Shown: positions 25,421 to 37,781, counted from the stretch's first letter. The stretch: 64,000 nt of DNA from Eledone cirrhosa (GCA_964016885.1 OZ024752.1:29760001-29824000); one strand, 5' to 3'. Numbers and translations: made by a program. The notes: generated by a model not told the origin, from the sequence alone.

Positions 25421-26479
25421 TGTTTTTCATTTTGATAATAAATACATTTGAAACTTTATTCAATAAACTGCATTTCTCTTTTAGTCTCTGCTGTTTTCTT
25501 ATCTTTGTGAACTACAGTGGTCTACTGACTACTACCAAAGTAAACACTGTTGGAACAATAGATATTAAAAACATATAAATATTTATCTGTCTATAAACAC
25601 AAATGTTTATTCCTAATAACACATATGTGAATGCCATTATGAAATTTCAACAGGAGTAAAAAGGTTTGTAATAAAGAAAGAAAAAGGCAGGTCTGAAATA
25701 AACAGTTCTGTAATGAAAAAGCAGAGAAGTTCTAAACAGAATTCATGCAAAAGATAAAAGATTGACATAGTACAGATTATTTTTATTCATAAGACAGATG
25801 AACAGATATACACAGTAGTATACATATGTAGTCTAGAACTGAGGCAACCAAATATTGTTTTTCTTTTTAGCAGAAGCTAATATGATAATATAGTATAGAT
25901 GTTGTAGAAGAAATAGGTGAAGAGCAACGAGTGGGGTAATTAGATTTGACCTAAGAGAATTAGCTCTCACATTGATACTTATGAAAGCTAGAGACAAACA
26001 GACATAAGCTTTTCTGTCGACGTATCTAAACAACAGCAGCCTAACCAAAGCAAGCACACAGTCTATTCATAATGATAAATTGAAACAAATCTATAAAGTC
26101 TAAGATTAGCTTGGAGTTGGCCATTAATTAGTTTAGCAGAGGAAGCTATTGTGACATTGATTTCTCTCCACAAAAGAACATTACTAATCACCATTATCTC
26201 TGGCTTTACATCTATTTTCCATGCTAACAACATTTAATTAGATGTTAAATGAATGTGATGTCATATAAATACCTTTCTAAATTGTTGACCCAAACCGTAT
26301 AAATTTCATTGTATCTTTTATGTAGTTTACTTATGTGAAAGTTGAAGACTATCAGTTTTATTGCAAATATTAACTGCAACTTACGCTCAATGATGAAATC
26401 ATTGATTTAGTTAGAATTGTAATATTCTGGCTATGTCTTACTCATAAAAAAGAAATTAAAAATATAAAAAATTGGATAG

Positions 26480-27376
26480 AGTTTGAGGTTGAACTTTTTC
26501 CTTGTTTCAAAGTCAAACCTTTATCTAATATAACACACTGATGATGTTGTCTAACCCATGCTAGCATAGAAAAATGTATTTTGAACTGATGATGATGATA
26601 GCACTGTCAATTTGAGGTTCAAACCTTTTCCCTCTGTTTCCAAGTCAAACTTTTATCCAAAATAACACATTGATGCTGTTGTTTGAGGTTGACCCTTTTC
26701 CCCCAGTTTACACAATATATCCCACTGATGCTGTCAATTTGCAGTTCAACCCCTTTCGTTCTGTTTGAAAGTAAAAAATTTACCCAATATAACACACTGA
26801 TGCTGTCAATTTGAGGTTCAACTCTTTCCCCTCTATTTCAAAGTCAAACATTTACCCAATATAACCCACTGATGCTGCCATCTAAGCCATGCTAACGTGG
26901 AAAAGTGGACATTAAATGGTGATGACGGCGATGCTGTCAGTCTGAGGTTAACCCTTCCCCTGTTTCAAAGTCACACTTTTACCAAATATAACACACTGAT
27001 GCTGTCAGTCTGAGGTTTAATCCTTCCCCTGTTTCAAAGTCACACTTTTACCCAATATAGCACACTGATGCTGTCAGTTTGAGGTTTAACCATCTTCTCC
27101 CTGTTTACTCAATATATCCCCCTGCTGTTGTCAGTTCAAGGTTGACACTTTTTTCCGTTTCAAAGTAAAAATTTACCTAATATAACACTGATGCTGTCAA
27201 TTTGCAGTTCAACCCTTTTCCCCTGTTTCAAAGTAAATCTAACCCATGCTAACATGGACAGGTGGATGTTAAACTGTGATGATGATGATGATGATGCTGT
27301 TAGTTTGAAGTTCAATCTTTTTTTCTTGTTTCAAAGTCAAACATTTACCTAATATTACACACTGATGCTGTCAATT
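26480..27376. repeat. ~45-68-bp minisatellite with three interspersed RTE 3' tails
   Basis: Unit gatgctgtcaatttgaggttcaac..cccctgtttcaaagtcaaac..ttacccaatataacacact. RTE-tail-like ctaacccatgcta(g/a)c..gga..gatgatg at ~26551, ~26882 and ~27239. Confidence 0.85.
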
Positions 27377-28092
27377 AATACAGTCTAGAGACGTATCAAA
27401 TTCAACTTAGTTTAGAATTCTTTATATTCTTGCCGTGTTTTTGATATTAGTTTTCACTATTTAATTATGCTGTAAATGTCTTCTTTATGGTGCCTGTTTT
27501 CTTTTACCTCTAAACTTACTCAATATCACATTATTGCTAACTGAATTACAATCTATAGACTGTCAGTAAAATACCCTTTTAAAGAATGAAATTATATTTA
27601 CTGAGAACAGTTCAGAGATAGGAGTCTCTTCTTATTAGATTGTTCAGCATGTCTTGGCAGTTTCTGATCCTTCCATTTACTGATTAAGGTCACTTCTCAA
27701 TCTTTGAAAAATTTATTCAGAGTTTTATTGATTTTGCAATCAATAATTGAAACACTTGATACACTGATTATTCTATTTTTTATATTTGTTTTTGTGTACT
27801 TTCTATTGAAGTATCATATTGAGAGAGAATTCACTATCAAAAGTACTTATTTTCCATACCTTTTACTTTTGTTTTCAATTTCTATAAGCAGTCTCTATTT
27901 ATTGATAGTCTTACAATTACTTTCTTATTAATAAATACTTATTTATAGTTACGACTTTGTTTGAATCATTACAATTACTCATTTTTATTATTCTATTTTC
28001 TTGAGATATATGAAAGAAAGGTGGGAAGATGTTGGTAGTTTAGATTTGGTGTTGGTTATGTTATTCCCAAACTTTCCAGGTTTATTATTGTT

Positions 28093-28213
<121 letters not shown>

Positions 28214-28771
28214 TCATTCTCTAAAGAAGCATCACTGAAGTGAGATTATGCACTGAAGAAGAAAAAAAATAAATAAATAAAAAGAAAAACAAATGCTTGA
28301 AGAGAAAATGAAAATTTCAGTGCGGAGATGAGAAGTCAGAAACTGGAGGTTAATCTAGCAATTATAAAAGCAAGAGAATAAAAGCTAAGAGTGGATAACA
28401 AGTAGATGTAGTAACATTTGACAGCGTAAGTCTCATGACCAATTGTGCTTCCGTTTTTAAATCAATACAGACATGTTTGCCACTAGGACAATCATAGAAC
28501 ACAGAAAACACACACAGAGAAAAGAATCAGAAATAAAACTATAAAACTAAACAAAACAAAAATATTTAGAACTAAAATTGCTCCAAATGTGACAGATATC
28601 TATGTTAACAAATAAATACGTTCTTATAAGATGTTTAAGAATAAGAGTATATAATGGGGAGACAAATAAGACAAATAAATATAATTTCACTAAAAATATG
28701 AACGCTCAGAGTTCAATTCTAACATAACCTATTAACTGTTTTTTTTCTTTTTTCTATATTGTTTATATTAT

Positions 28772-28959
28772 TGGTGGATTGGCAGTATCAGTAGAGGGTC
28801 GGACGCCATGCTTTGACACAAAGAGTTGCGTCCCTTTATGATCTGAGTTCAAATCCCACCAAGGTTAACTTTGCCTTTCATCTCTACAGGGTTGATGAAA
28901 TAAAGTACCAGTAATGTACTGGGTAATTGCTCCTTGTGCCAAAAGTAGAAACAATTATT
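28772..28959 (+). mobile_element. tRNA-derived SINE family B (full length)
   Basis: A-box-like tggcagtatcagtaga, B-box gagttcaaatccc, conserved body aggttaactttgcctttcatc..gggttgatgaaataaagtaccag, and (ATT)n tail. Confidence 0.85.
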
Positions 28960-28971
28960 AAATATATATAT

Positions 28972-29310
28972 GGAGGCACATGGCTTAGTGGTTAGAGCAT
29001 TGGCCTTGCAATCGAAAGGTTGTGAGTTCAATTCTCAGACCGGGTGATGTGTTGTTTCCTTGAGAAAGACACTTTATTTCACATTGCTCCAGTTTACTCA
29101 GCTGTAGAAATGAGATGATAGGGACTGGGGTCCCTATCATTCCACTGCAAAGTGGTCGTGGAGGTGCCACGGCAAAAAAGCACCCAGCACTCACTGTAAA
29201 TGAGGTTGGTGTTAGGAAGGGCATCCAGCTGTAGAAATCAAGCCAGAATCAGTTCCCGTCCCACCCTTGCAAGCAGGGAAAAGCGGACGTAAAATGAAAT
29301 GATGATGATG
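28972..29310 (+). mobile_element. SINE family A (full length)
   Basis: A-box TGGCTTAGTGG, B-box GAGTTCAATTC; CORE-like ccttgagaaagacacttt..ccagtttactcagctgtagaaatg; hairpin gatagggac-tggg-gtccctatc; Ceph-like aaaaagcacccag..gttaggaagggcatccag; RTE tail cccacccttgcaagcagggaaaagcgg; (ATG)n. Confidence 0.92.
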
Positions 29311-29461
29311 TTTTATACACCCACAAATATATGGTTAGATATATATATGTTTTATACAAGCACAAATATATGGTTATATATATATATATATAAGTTATCC
29401 CGGATTCAATCGGGGGTAACCACAGTAAGTAAGGTACTCAATACAGTGTAGAGTATAAATG

Positions 29462-29596
29462 TTTAATATAGAAAAGCTTCTACAGGACTAGAACTGTTTC
29501 ATTTGTGAGAAATCATTAGGAAACTGACAGTCAGCTTCCTGATGATTTCTCACGAATGAAACAGTTCTAGTCGTGTAGAAGCTTTTCTATATTAAA
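29462..29596. repeat. 135-bp near-perfect palindrome (67-bp arms, 4 mismatches)
   Basis: Centre ctgac-a-gtcag at 29529; arms checked manually. Confidence 0.95.
29533..29583 (+). ncRNA. Putative type I hammerhead ribozyme (mirror copy on the minus strand in the left arm)
   Basis: Stem I AGCTTC/GAAGCT; CTGATGA (29539-29545); stem II tTTC-TCAC-GAAt; GAAA (29558-29561); stem III ACA(G)/(G)TGT; GTA triplet with predicted cleavage after 29577. Confidence 0.7.
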
Positions 29597-30289
29597 TATA
29601 TATATATGTTTTATACATCCACAAACAAGGTTAAATATATATATATAAATGTTTTCTACATCCACAAATATGGTTAAATATATATATTTTCTACATCCAC
29701 AAATATGTTTAAATATATATATGTTTTATACACCCAGAAACATATATATAGATGGTTTTATACACCCACAAATATATAGAGGTTTTACCCACAACTATAT
29801 ATAAACTATACATATATATATATATGTGTATGTGTGTGTATATGGTTTATACACCCACCCACCAATATATGCAGACGACTCACCTAAATCTAATGATAAT
29901 TTAATTCTTTCAACAGAAATAATAATTGTTTCTAGTTTAGGCACAAGGCCAGCAATTACCCAGTGCATTACTGGTACTTTATTTTCAACAGAAATAATAA
30001 TATAACCTGCTCTCAAGCATATCTGCGTAAAACAATGGCTCAACAACCATCAATTAAAGGGAAAATGTCATTTGTTTGAGCAAGGAAGGCATATACATAT
30101 ATACACACATATACATATATACACATACATACACACACCCCCACACATATATACACATACACACACACATATATATATATATATTGCTAGCACATGGAAG
30201 ATGGGTGTAAAATGATGATGATGATGATATATATATATATATAATAATAAAAAGGATGATTTATGTCTTTATTACATTACAATCTCTCT

Positions 30290-30300
30290 CTCTCTCTCTC

Positions 30301-30375
<75 letters not shown>

Positions 30376-30571
30376 ATATAATATAATATATATCATTAAA
30401 AGATAGGAGGACTATCAGTTACGATAGTGTGACCTCTTCAGATGGCAAAACCTATAAAAACTTGAAAACATTGAAAGTTCCTCACATATATATATATACA
30501 CACATATATATATATATTATACATAGAGAGAGAGAGGGAGAGAGAGAGAGACAGAGGGATATGTATGTATG

Positions 30572-30644
<73 letters not shown>

Positions 30645-30830
30645 CATAGAGAGAGAGAGACAGAGGGATATGTATGTATGTATGTATGTATGTGTATATA
30701 TATATATAGAGAGAGAGAGAGAGGGAGAGGGAGAGAGAGAGCGAGAGAGAGGGAGAGAGAGAGAGAGCGAGAGAGAGCGAGAGAGAGCGAGAGAGCGAGA
30801 GAGAGCGAGAGAGAGGGAGAGTGAGTGAGT
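30290..30830. repeat. Compound (TA)n/(GA)n microsatellites with a local duplication
   Basis: Direct inspection. Confidence 0.9.
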
Positions 30831-31369
30831 AAGAGAATAAGAAAAAGAATAGAGAGGAAAGATCATTTTTGTGCAGTATTTATTCAGAAATGAATAATCT
30901 TTTTAAATACCTTGCTTCTCTATCACATTTAGAATTGAGAACTATCATCTTCTGCTATATATATCCAGCTAAAATATAGACTTAAACTCACAATTAATAT
31001 TCTACCTACCATTGCTTATAGCAATTTTATATCTAATTGCTTATCTTGAATGCAGAATTTTCAACCCAGCCATTCTCATTAGCTCTGTGCATGTATGTCG
31101 CAAGATAGTGAACACTTGGCAATTAGAGGACTTTGCTTCTACATCGACTTTGCAAAGTATCTCTTAAATAATAGACTCCAATAATGATATGCCTACCATT
31201 TGCATAGGTTTCCTTTTTTTTGTTTGTTTGTTTTATAATTTTTTAATAATTATTATTATTATCATTATTTTTTTTCTCTTACTTCCTCAAAATATTTTCT
31301 GCTGTTTGTTTCTCTAGAGATCGATCTCTTTCATGATTTTCTAATTGGAAAGCAAGAAAATTGACAGAG

Positions 31370-31930
31370 AGATACGGAAGAGGAGATAGAAGTGAGAGAG
31401 AGAAGAGAGGGAGAGAGAGGGGTAGTGGTGGTGGAAGGAATATGGGGGGAGGAGGAAAAATGAGAGAGAGGCTGGAGGGAAAGGGGAGGGAGAAGGATAA
31501 ATGAGAGAGAGAGAGAGGTTGAAAGAAATGAACGAGGAAAGAAGAGTGAAAGAGAGGTTAGAAGGAATGAAAGTGGAAGGAGGAAAAATGAAAGAGAGGT
31601 TGGAAGGAATGAGAGAGGAAAGAAAAGTGAAAGAGAGAGCGGCTGGAGGGAATGAGAGAGGAAGGAACAGTGAGAGAGAGGGGAAGGAATGAGAGAGGAA
31701 GGAATGAGAGAGGAAAGAAAAGAGAGATGAAGAGAGGTTGGACAGAATGAGAGAAGAAGGAAAAGTGAGAGAGAGGTTGGATGGGAAGTGAGAGAGAGGT
31801 TGGATGGGAAGTGAGAGAGAGGTTGGATGGGAAGTGAGAGAAGTTGGATGGGAAGTGAGAGAGAGGTTGGATGGGAAGTGAGAGAGGTTGGATGGGAAGT
31901 GAGAGAGGTTGGAGGGGAAGTGAGAGAAGG
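31370..31930. repeat. Purine-rich low-complexity tract ending in a ~20-bp minisatellite (gagagaggttggatgggaagt)
   Basis: About 7-8 units at 31767-31927. Confidence 0.9.
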
Positions 31931-32164
31931 AATGTTTTCTATTTGTTCTAAGAATTTAAGCACTTGATTCTATCTCTCATTAAATGTTTCTGTCTGTTTC
32001 TGAAGATGCCAAAACAAGCTGCTTCAGGAAAAATCAGCCTTCAATTTCAGTTCATATCCTCATAGTTAAATTTCATTTCATTACAACACACTTCATAACT
32101 AATTTAAAAATCTACAATATTTTACCCATAATGCTTTGAGCTTTCCAACATGAAAGACTATTAT

Positions 32165-32505
32165 TATTTCTTACAGCAAAGAGTTACGACCCTTTATGGT
32201 CTGAGTTCAAATCCCGCCGAGGTTAACTTTGCCTTTCATCCTTACGGGGGTCGATAAAATAAAGTACCAGTCACACACTGGGGTCGATTTGATCGACTTT
32301 CCTCTCCCCCAAAATTGCTGGCCTTGTGCCTAAATAAGAAACCATTATTTCTTACAGCAAAGAGTTACGGCCCTTTATGGTCTGAGTTCAAATCCCGCCG
32401 AGGTTAACTTTGCCTTTCATCCTTACTGGGGCGATAAAATAAAGTACCAGTAATACACTGGGATAATTGCTGGCCTTGTGCCAAAAAGTAGAAACAATTA
32501 TTTCT
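32165..32505 (+). mobile_element. Two tandem 5'-truncated SINE B copies
   Basis: attatttcttacagcaaagagttacg..ctgagttcaaatcccgccgaggttaac occurs twice; the two copies have different 3' variants. Confidence 0.85.
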
Positions 32506-32774
32506 TACAGAATTGTATCTTGTTTTTTTTTTATTTGTTTCTGTCAAATAACATTCTAATTGAAAAAAATAACAAAATCAAAAATGTAAGAAAGAATTCT
32601 ATGTGAAATAAATATAAAAAATAATTAAAAACAATAAAGTTTTTTTTGTTTCCCCTCTTATTTTTTCATGGGTTGAATGGATTTTGAATAGGGGTCCTTC
32701 CTACTACCAAATACTCAAATTTGTACAGGGACTGAAACTTGTCAGGTACATTAAAAAAATATTTTTTTTTTTAC

Positions 32775-32997
32775 CACTTTAGCATTTAAACCGGCTGTAT
32801 CCAACCAGAATTCTCTCACATCTTTCTGTTCATACCGGCTGTAAACCAGCCACTTGTACTGATGTTAAGGTATTGTTCTCATAATAAATAATATCAAAGT
32901 CTCACAGATTCGATATTATGTGAGATAATTATGAGAGGTAAAGCCTTTACCATGAAAATATAATAGTAGATATAGAGTAATGTAGATTTTAAAGAGT
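32775..32997. mobile_element. piggyBac-like MITE with degenerate ends
   Basis: Body matches the family (ctttagcatttaaaccggctg...agagtaatgtaga). Confidence 0.8.
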
Positions 32998-33084
32998 AAC
33001 TGAGGGATAAAATGGAATGACTATAGTAAGGTTTAGAATCAGGATGTTTTCGTTAATTGTCCAGCATTTTAAATTAATTCATAT

Positions 33085-33245
33085 TGTCTGGTCATCTGGT
33101 ATCTCCAGCTTCATGGCAATGGGCCACTATGCTCTTCCATCTTTCTCTGTTTCTAGCAAGGGTTGGTGCTTGAAATTAGTGTATGCCACACCTGCACAGG
33201 TCATCTTTTAGGGTGGATCTTGAGGTCTTCCTTGGCCTACACTTT
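33085..33245 (-). mobile_element. Old RTE 3'-end fragment
   Basis: Minus-strand translation CRPRKTSRSTLKDDL...LARNRERWKSIV resembles the RTE ORF C-terminus. Confidence 0.55.
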
Positions 33246-34033
33246 GGTCTTTGCCTACCAGTATGTAACCATGACATTACAGTTCTTAACTCTGCCATGG
33301 CTTGTCCTAAGCCAGGTTAAGAAACAAAGGTTGGGCACAGCACTAGTACCCCTACCCAATAAAAAGACTCCTTCTCCATTGACACCATTATGAATTTTCC
33401 AATTGATATTGTGTCACATGACAAAAGAAAGTCAGAAATAAACCAACAAGAGAATTCTTTTGCAGTTAGTTGCATGATTTGTAAGAAATGTCAATCCTCC
33501 AAATCACACACACTGCCATTGGTCAATAAAGAAGAATTTACTGGACAATGTAATCCTTGATATACAAAAGGACAGGATTGTCTCAACTGGAATGTCTTTC
33601 ATCACAGGTTTAATTAACAGCCAGTAGTTAAATAGTAAAATCCAAACAGGTTTTGGAATGATAAAAGAATGGACGTAGTTTAATGAAATGTTGGTGAAAT
33701 GGCCGAGTCATTAAAGTATAGAACAAATTGTCTTGTAATATTTGATCTGCTTCTTTGTGTTTGGAATTTAAATACTGCCATGACCAACTTTACTTTTCAT
33801 CCTTTCTGGGGCAATAACATACATACACATACAAACACATAAATAGATATATACAAACATACATATACACAAACATATGCATACACATACATTTACACAA
33901 ACATGTATGCACATGTACACACACACAAACACATGCACATACATATGGTAAATGAAGACAGTTAAAAAGAGCACTCAATACATTGGTAGAGTATGGGCAT
34001 CTATATTTTATATTATTTTTCTATATAAAATAA

Positions 34034-34077
<44 letters not shown>

Positions 34078-34197
34078 CAAAAAACATAAATACTGTTTCA
34101 AATAATGTATCTATGCAGAGCTGCCATTATTCTTTTCTAAGAAATTTTTCACTGACTTAGTCATCTTTATTCTGAACAACTTCAAGTATTACTGCAA

Positions 34198-34237
<40 letters not shown>

Positions 34238-34239
<2 letters not shown>

Positions 34240-37200
34240 TCATCATCATCATCGTTTAACGTCCGTGTTCCACGCTTGCATGGGTTTGGACGGGGGTTTT
34301 CCCACTTGAGGCAAGAGTGATTGTCTTGCTCGCATAGGACTGTCTGGCGGGTTTTCTACAGTTGGATGCCCTTCCTAACACCAACCACATTTACAGTGTG
34401 GGTCTGGGAGGTTTTTACCGTGTTACCTACACGGCCACATTACAGCGCGGACTGTGTGTTTTTTTGTCGTGACACCTACATGATCTCATTTGTTTCGGCC
34501 TGGATGGTGTGGCACCAACATAACTTTACATAGAAGGGGGGCGGTGTGGATGGGGTGGGGGTGGTGGGACGGGGGTGTATTTTGTTAGAGATGCCTACTG
34601 ACTGTAGTAGGTTTTACTTTGTATTTAGGTAAGGCGGGTCTTCTCTATTACTGAGTACCGCCAAAGGTCTCGGTCCAGTGACATTGTCTTGGTGAGGTGT
34701 AAGTGTGTGAGGTCGGAGTTTATCAGCTCGTCCCAGGTTTTTCTGGGTCTGCCTATTCCGTGGCTACCGTCTATCTTTATTGCCCTGCACTTTGTTATAC
34801 AGCTGTCGTCCTTCATGCGCATCACGTGACCATACCAACGTAGCCTTCTCTCTAGTAAACAACATCTGATCCCTCTTATTTCTAATTTTTTCCTTAGTTC
34901 GTTTATGCTTTGTCGTTCACGTATATTACTATTACACATCCAGCGGAGCATGCAAGCTTCGTTCCTCTCTAGTCTGCGTATATCCTCTGCACACAATGCC
35001 CAGGTCTCACTGCCACGCAACATTGCTGTTCGTATGCAGGCATCGTACAACCTGCCTTTCATTTTTAGGGAGAACCCTTTAGCGGCTAATAGTGGTATAA
35101 GCTCTCTGAACTTTTTCCACCCAGTTCTGACTCTAGCTACTGTACTTTCAGAGCACCCTCCCCCACTGCTGATTTTGTCACCCAGGTAACGGAAGCTGTC
35201 CACTATTTCTATAGAACCCTCTGCGCAGTTGAAAGAGCTAGTATTTTGTGGGCACTTGCTGCTACTTATTGCCCCAGAACACCAGCCACATGTAAAATCT
35301 ATGTTCTTAGTTAGCTTACCTGTGATCCCACTACATCTTTTATGAACCCAAACTTTGCATTTGGGACACAAAATGGAATTTCTACCTACGCCTTTCCTAC
35401 ACTCTGCGCATGGCCACTTCCCGGAGGGGACCACCGCCTTATTTTCTTTCTTACAAACTAGAACTTTAGTCTTAGCCAGGTTAATTTTAAGGCCTTTTGA
35501 TTCTAGCCCGTGCTTCCATGTTTGGAATTTCTTCTCTAGCTCGGCCATTGATTCAGCTATGAGCGTTAGATCATCTGCGTATAGGAGTTCCCATGGGCAG
35601 CCGGTCTTGAACTCCACTGTTATAGCCTGGAGGGCAATAATAAATAGTAGGGGGCTAAGAACAGAGCCCTGATGAACACCAACTTTTACACTAAACTCTT
35701 CACTATATTCGTTGTTAATTCTAACCTTGCTGACTGTTTCTTTATACATGGCTTGTATAGCTCTCACAAGCCATTCATCGACACCTAGTTTTCTAAGAGC
35801 CCACCAGATAATGGAACGGGGGACTCTGTCGAAGGCCTTCTCCAAGTCGACGAAAGCTAAGTATAGGGGTTTACTTTTAGCTAGGTACTTCTCCTGTAGT
35901 TGTCGTACAATGAAAAGAGCATCTGTGGTACTTTTTCCTGACACAAACCCGAACTGCATTTCATCTAGATCAATTCGCTCTCTGATTAGTTGCGCTATTA
36001 CTTTTTCCGTGACCTTCACGACCTGGTCGATTAATTTAATGCCTCTATAGTTACTCCTATCTAGGGCATCTCCTTTACCCTTATAACAGTTAACGATAAT
36101 GCTGCTACGCCAGTCCTTCGGAACAACCCCATTCTGTATGACTTGGTTGACTATCCGGGTGACCATGGTGCGTCCCACCGTACCAGATGCCTTCAGCATC
36201 TCGGCAACTATTTCCGAAGGCCCAGCCGCCTTGCCTGTCTTCATATCTTTGATTGCCTTACTTATTATACTACCCTCGACTAACACTGCTGGTCCCTCTA
36301 TTGGGTCGATGTGGGGGAGACTGTCTTTCTCCCATTTATTCTCCTCATTGAGTAGCCTTTCATAGTGACACTTCCAAGCTACCTTCTTATCGGCGTCGGT
36401 GATGGCAAGTACGCCGTCATCGTTAAGTACACACTTCTCCCCGACAATATCACTGTTTTCCTTGACACATTGCCTAGCAATCCTGAACACCTCACGTTTT
36501 TGGTCCTCACGTTGTAGAACATGCTTGAACTTTCTTTCCTCTGCTTCCCTTCTTGCGAAGTACACTTGTCTCCTAGCTTCCCTCCTGGCCACTTGATAGT
36601 CTTCTCTGCTTCCCCCATCCCGCCATACTTTCCAAGCCTGCTTTTTGGCCTTAATTGACCCCTCCACCTTACTGTTCCACCACCATGTTACTCTCCTCCT
36701 GCCTACAGGCCTGCTCCAGCCACAGACTTCGTCTGTCGCCGTCAGCAGGTTTGCTTTCAGGAATTCCCACTGTTCCTCTACCTTGTACGACTCTATTTGC
36801 TCTTCCTTACTGTCGAAAGCATCAAGTAATATGCTTTGGAATTTATTTTTGGCTGTGGGGTCCTTTAGCTTACATATTTTTCTCCTGAGGGTAGTCCTCT
36901 TCTGTTGCCTAGTACGTCTCGTCCTGACTATTAGGTCGCTAATTATCAGTCTATGTTGGGAGGTGCATTCTTCATGGGGAGGGATTTAGTGTTTACAACA
37001 GTCACTTTGTCACGTCTTCTGGTAAGGATATAATCTACCTGGCTGGTATGTTCCCCTGATCTGTAGGTGATCAAGTGATTGTCTCGTTTTTTGAAGTTAG
37101 TGTTGCAGATAGTTAGGTTATTTGCGTCACAGAATTCCAGGATTCTGGAGCCTTCCTCATTTCTAGTACCAAACCCATAGCCTCCATGGATTTCGTCGTA

Positions 37201-37270
37201 GCCGTCACAATGTTGTCCAATGTGACCGTTTAGGTCGCCTGCAATAATTATATAGTTACTGTCGGTTATA
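34238..37270 (-). mobile_element. RTE-clade LINE, 5'-truncated, with a long open RT frame and a ~390-bp 3' extension
   Basis: 680-aa ORF 34625-36667 (NYRGIKL, FVDLEKAFD, GVHQGSVLSP, LYADD, PHD-like finger, RYLG, GRPRKTW). Endonuclease remnants extend to ~37270 (GDLNGHIG, SQVDYIL), with a frameshift near 36985. (ATG)n tail at 34238-34254. Confidence 0.95.
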
Positions 37271-37508
37271 ATAAAAGGAATTCCAACTTTGTCTGACTTA
37301 CTCGTTTTATTTACAATCCTTTAAAATTTATAATGGTATTAGAATGAAATAGTATGGTAGAATATTAAATGTCAAGTGTTAATTGAACAAGTACCTTCAT
37401 GCTTTCGCAATCTTCAGGTTCATATTCTGTGGAGACAGTCAAGTTTGCAATTTTCAGAAAATTGCAAACTTGGCTGACACCACAGAATATATATATACAT
37501 ATATATAT

Positions 37509-37543
<35 letters not shown>

Positions 37544-37547
<4 letters not shown>

Positions 37548-37781
37548 ATTGCTCCAGTTTACTCAGCTGTAGAAATGAGATGATAGGGACTGGGGTCCAT
37601 ATCATTCCACTGCAAAGTGGTCGTGGAGGTGCCACGGCAAAAAAGCACCCAGCACTCACTGTAAATGAGGTTGGTGTTAGGAAGGGCATCCAGCTGTAGA
37701 AATCAAGCCAGAATCAGTTCCCGTCCCACCCTTGCAAGCAGGGAAAAAGCGGATGTAAAATGAAATGATGATGATGATGAT
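37544..37781 (+). mobile_element. 5'-truncated SINE family A
   Basis: Near-identical to 29078-29310. Confidence 0.9.

Noticed and set aside
28321-28426. Plus-strand exon-like segment (tttcag...gtaagt)
   Set aside because: Stops in all three frames; it could only be non-coding and cannot be supported.
28972-29045. tRNA gene
   Set aside because: It has A/B boxes but no full cloverleaf; it is the head of a multicopy SINE.
34905-36989. Plus-strand ORFs overlapping the RTE
   Set aside because: Antisense shadows of the LINE coding frame.
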